Shown: in pieces, positions 62,586 through 64,000 of the stretch
Position numbering within the stretch: position 1 is the first letter of the stretch
How the letters are laid out: every line of letters starts with the position of its first letter
Source: Hemiscyllium ocellatum
Lineage: Eukaryota
Direction of reading: 5' to 3'
NCBI RefSeq assembly: GCF_020745735.1
Contig: NC_083437.1
Coordinates: forward strand, 32,798,001 to 32,862,000
Length of the DNA: 64,000 bases
The notes under the pieces: generated by a model
What the model was told of the DNA's origin: nothing
What the model saw: the letters and a program-made list of their open reading frames with translations, nothing else
Databases searched by the model: none
Program-made: the position numbers and the translations under genes

Positions 62586-62832
62586 GTAGCATGGTGGCTC
62601 AGTGGTTAGTACTGTTGCCACCAGAGACCTGGGTTCAATTCCACCCTCAGGTGATTGGAGTCTGCATGGGTTTGCTCCAGGTGCTTCCTCCCACACTCTA
62701 GGGATGTGCAAGTTAGGTGGATTAGCCATTGGGATGCAGGGAGAGGGGAGTGGGTTTGGATGGGACATTCTTCAGAGGGGATGGTGTGGACTCAATTGAC
62801 CTGCTTCCACATTGCGGGGATTCTAGGATCGA
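62586..62832 (+). mobile_element. HE1-type SINE, decayed
   Basis: gcatggtggctcagtggttagtactg head; ggttcaattcc B box. Confidence 0.8.
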
Positions 62833-64000
62833 TGAAGTCCCTTCTCTGTAAGGAGCTGTGGGTATTGCTGCTCTTTTTCTCCTGCCCATATTTTGTTTTC
62901 CTCTCCTCCTGTTGTGAAGCATTGATTCTGGCTAAGCTAGGTTCCTGAATGTCATTACTGCTTTCTCCAAGCAATATTCTTCATGTATGAGCCGAAACAG
63001 CCTGATCTCGCATGGCACACATCACAGTCAAATGTGCTCACATGCACTTTGTAACAAGAGGCTGCTGGGGAGCAAATAGGAACAGGAAACCTGGCTGGTT
63101 TTTGCCTTCACTTGCTCGAAGGCACTGAGGCCAACAGCAGTTCCACTGGCTGAAGTAAAATGACTCAGCACAGCCTGGAAATGCATAAATAAATATTTGA
63201 AGAAAATTGCACGGATCTGGTGAAACCTCATGCCTTTTCATGTGTGACGCGGAGTACTACAAGAGCCAGTGGATTTGGCCAGTGTAAAAACTCAGACAAC
63301 TCTTGTCAAAGGGCCATTCTTATTTGAGCTAAATCAGTTGTAACACATTGACTAATATTCATCACATGACTGTGATATCTGAATTACTTATGGATTACAA
63401 AATGTACAACTGGTGCGAAAACAATTAAGGTGAGATCTGTAATTGTACCAGATTGTGGAGCTCATTTTATTTATTCTTGGCAGTGTCTGAGTTGTTTCCA
63501 ATGCACAGAATGATGTATAGAGCGTGCCAACAGTACTCAAACAGCCGAATGACAGTACCTCTGGAAACAATATAGAGCCATTGTATCACAGATATTGACT
63601 TAGACAGGTTCTCTGTGCTAGTATTTTAAATGTGATGCAATGTTTAATCTGAGTGGCTTCTTCTTTTGAAGTGGAAAAATCTATAATGGAACTGCTTGAT
63701 TTTAATATGACACGGTGCTAACCTGTTTGACTTTACTGAGATTGACATCAAAATGGAGATTATTGCAGCTTGTTGCAAACTGCTGTGCTGAAAATATTGA
63801 TATATTTGATGAGAAATTAAGGGGAGGCATTAATATTATCTGTGGAGCCCCAACAAGGTTGGAAAAAAGAACAAGAATGAAAATGAAGCAAAATGCAAGG
63901 TACCAGTACGTTTGGGCTTCATTGCAGGAGGTGGAAAAGATTGACGGAGGTAAAGAGTTCCACACATGATGGTGCAAGGAAAATAATCTGGCTAGTAGAT

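Overview
Vertebrate genomic DNA, almost certainly from a shark or other elasmobranch (HE1-type SINEs, HER1/CR1-type LINEs and Deu-domain SINE relics; species not determinable here). The window is intronic sequence of a minus-strand PRDM16/MECOM-family gene. Only one coding exon is visible: a 135-bp PR/SET-domain exon at 40925-41059, more PRDM16-like than MECOM-like. The rest is a layered record of transposons. It holds a 3.7-kb 5'-truncated CR1 LINE (esterase ORF1 plus APE-RT ORF2) and many CR1 3' ends. It also holds a fragmented Gmr1-type Gypsy element (integrase before RT), a GalEa/CoDi-like Copia relic, a spliced Harbinger Myb-protein relic, solo LTRs, a Tigger-like MITE, SINEs and minisatellites. 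The most striking pattern is about 12 short non-coding insertions from about 5 sequence families. They carry minimal hammerhead ribozyme cores (CUGANGA-N-stem II-GAAA-palindromic stem III-UH), are mostly built as fold-back palindromes, and most have target-site duplications of 11-17 bp. They look like non-autonomous Penelope/retrozyme-like elements. The best-preserved copy (arms 112/113 identical) lies about 270 nt downstream of the exon donor. All family assignments come from motif recall and alignment by eye; no database searches were run.
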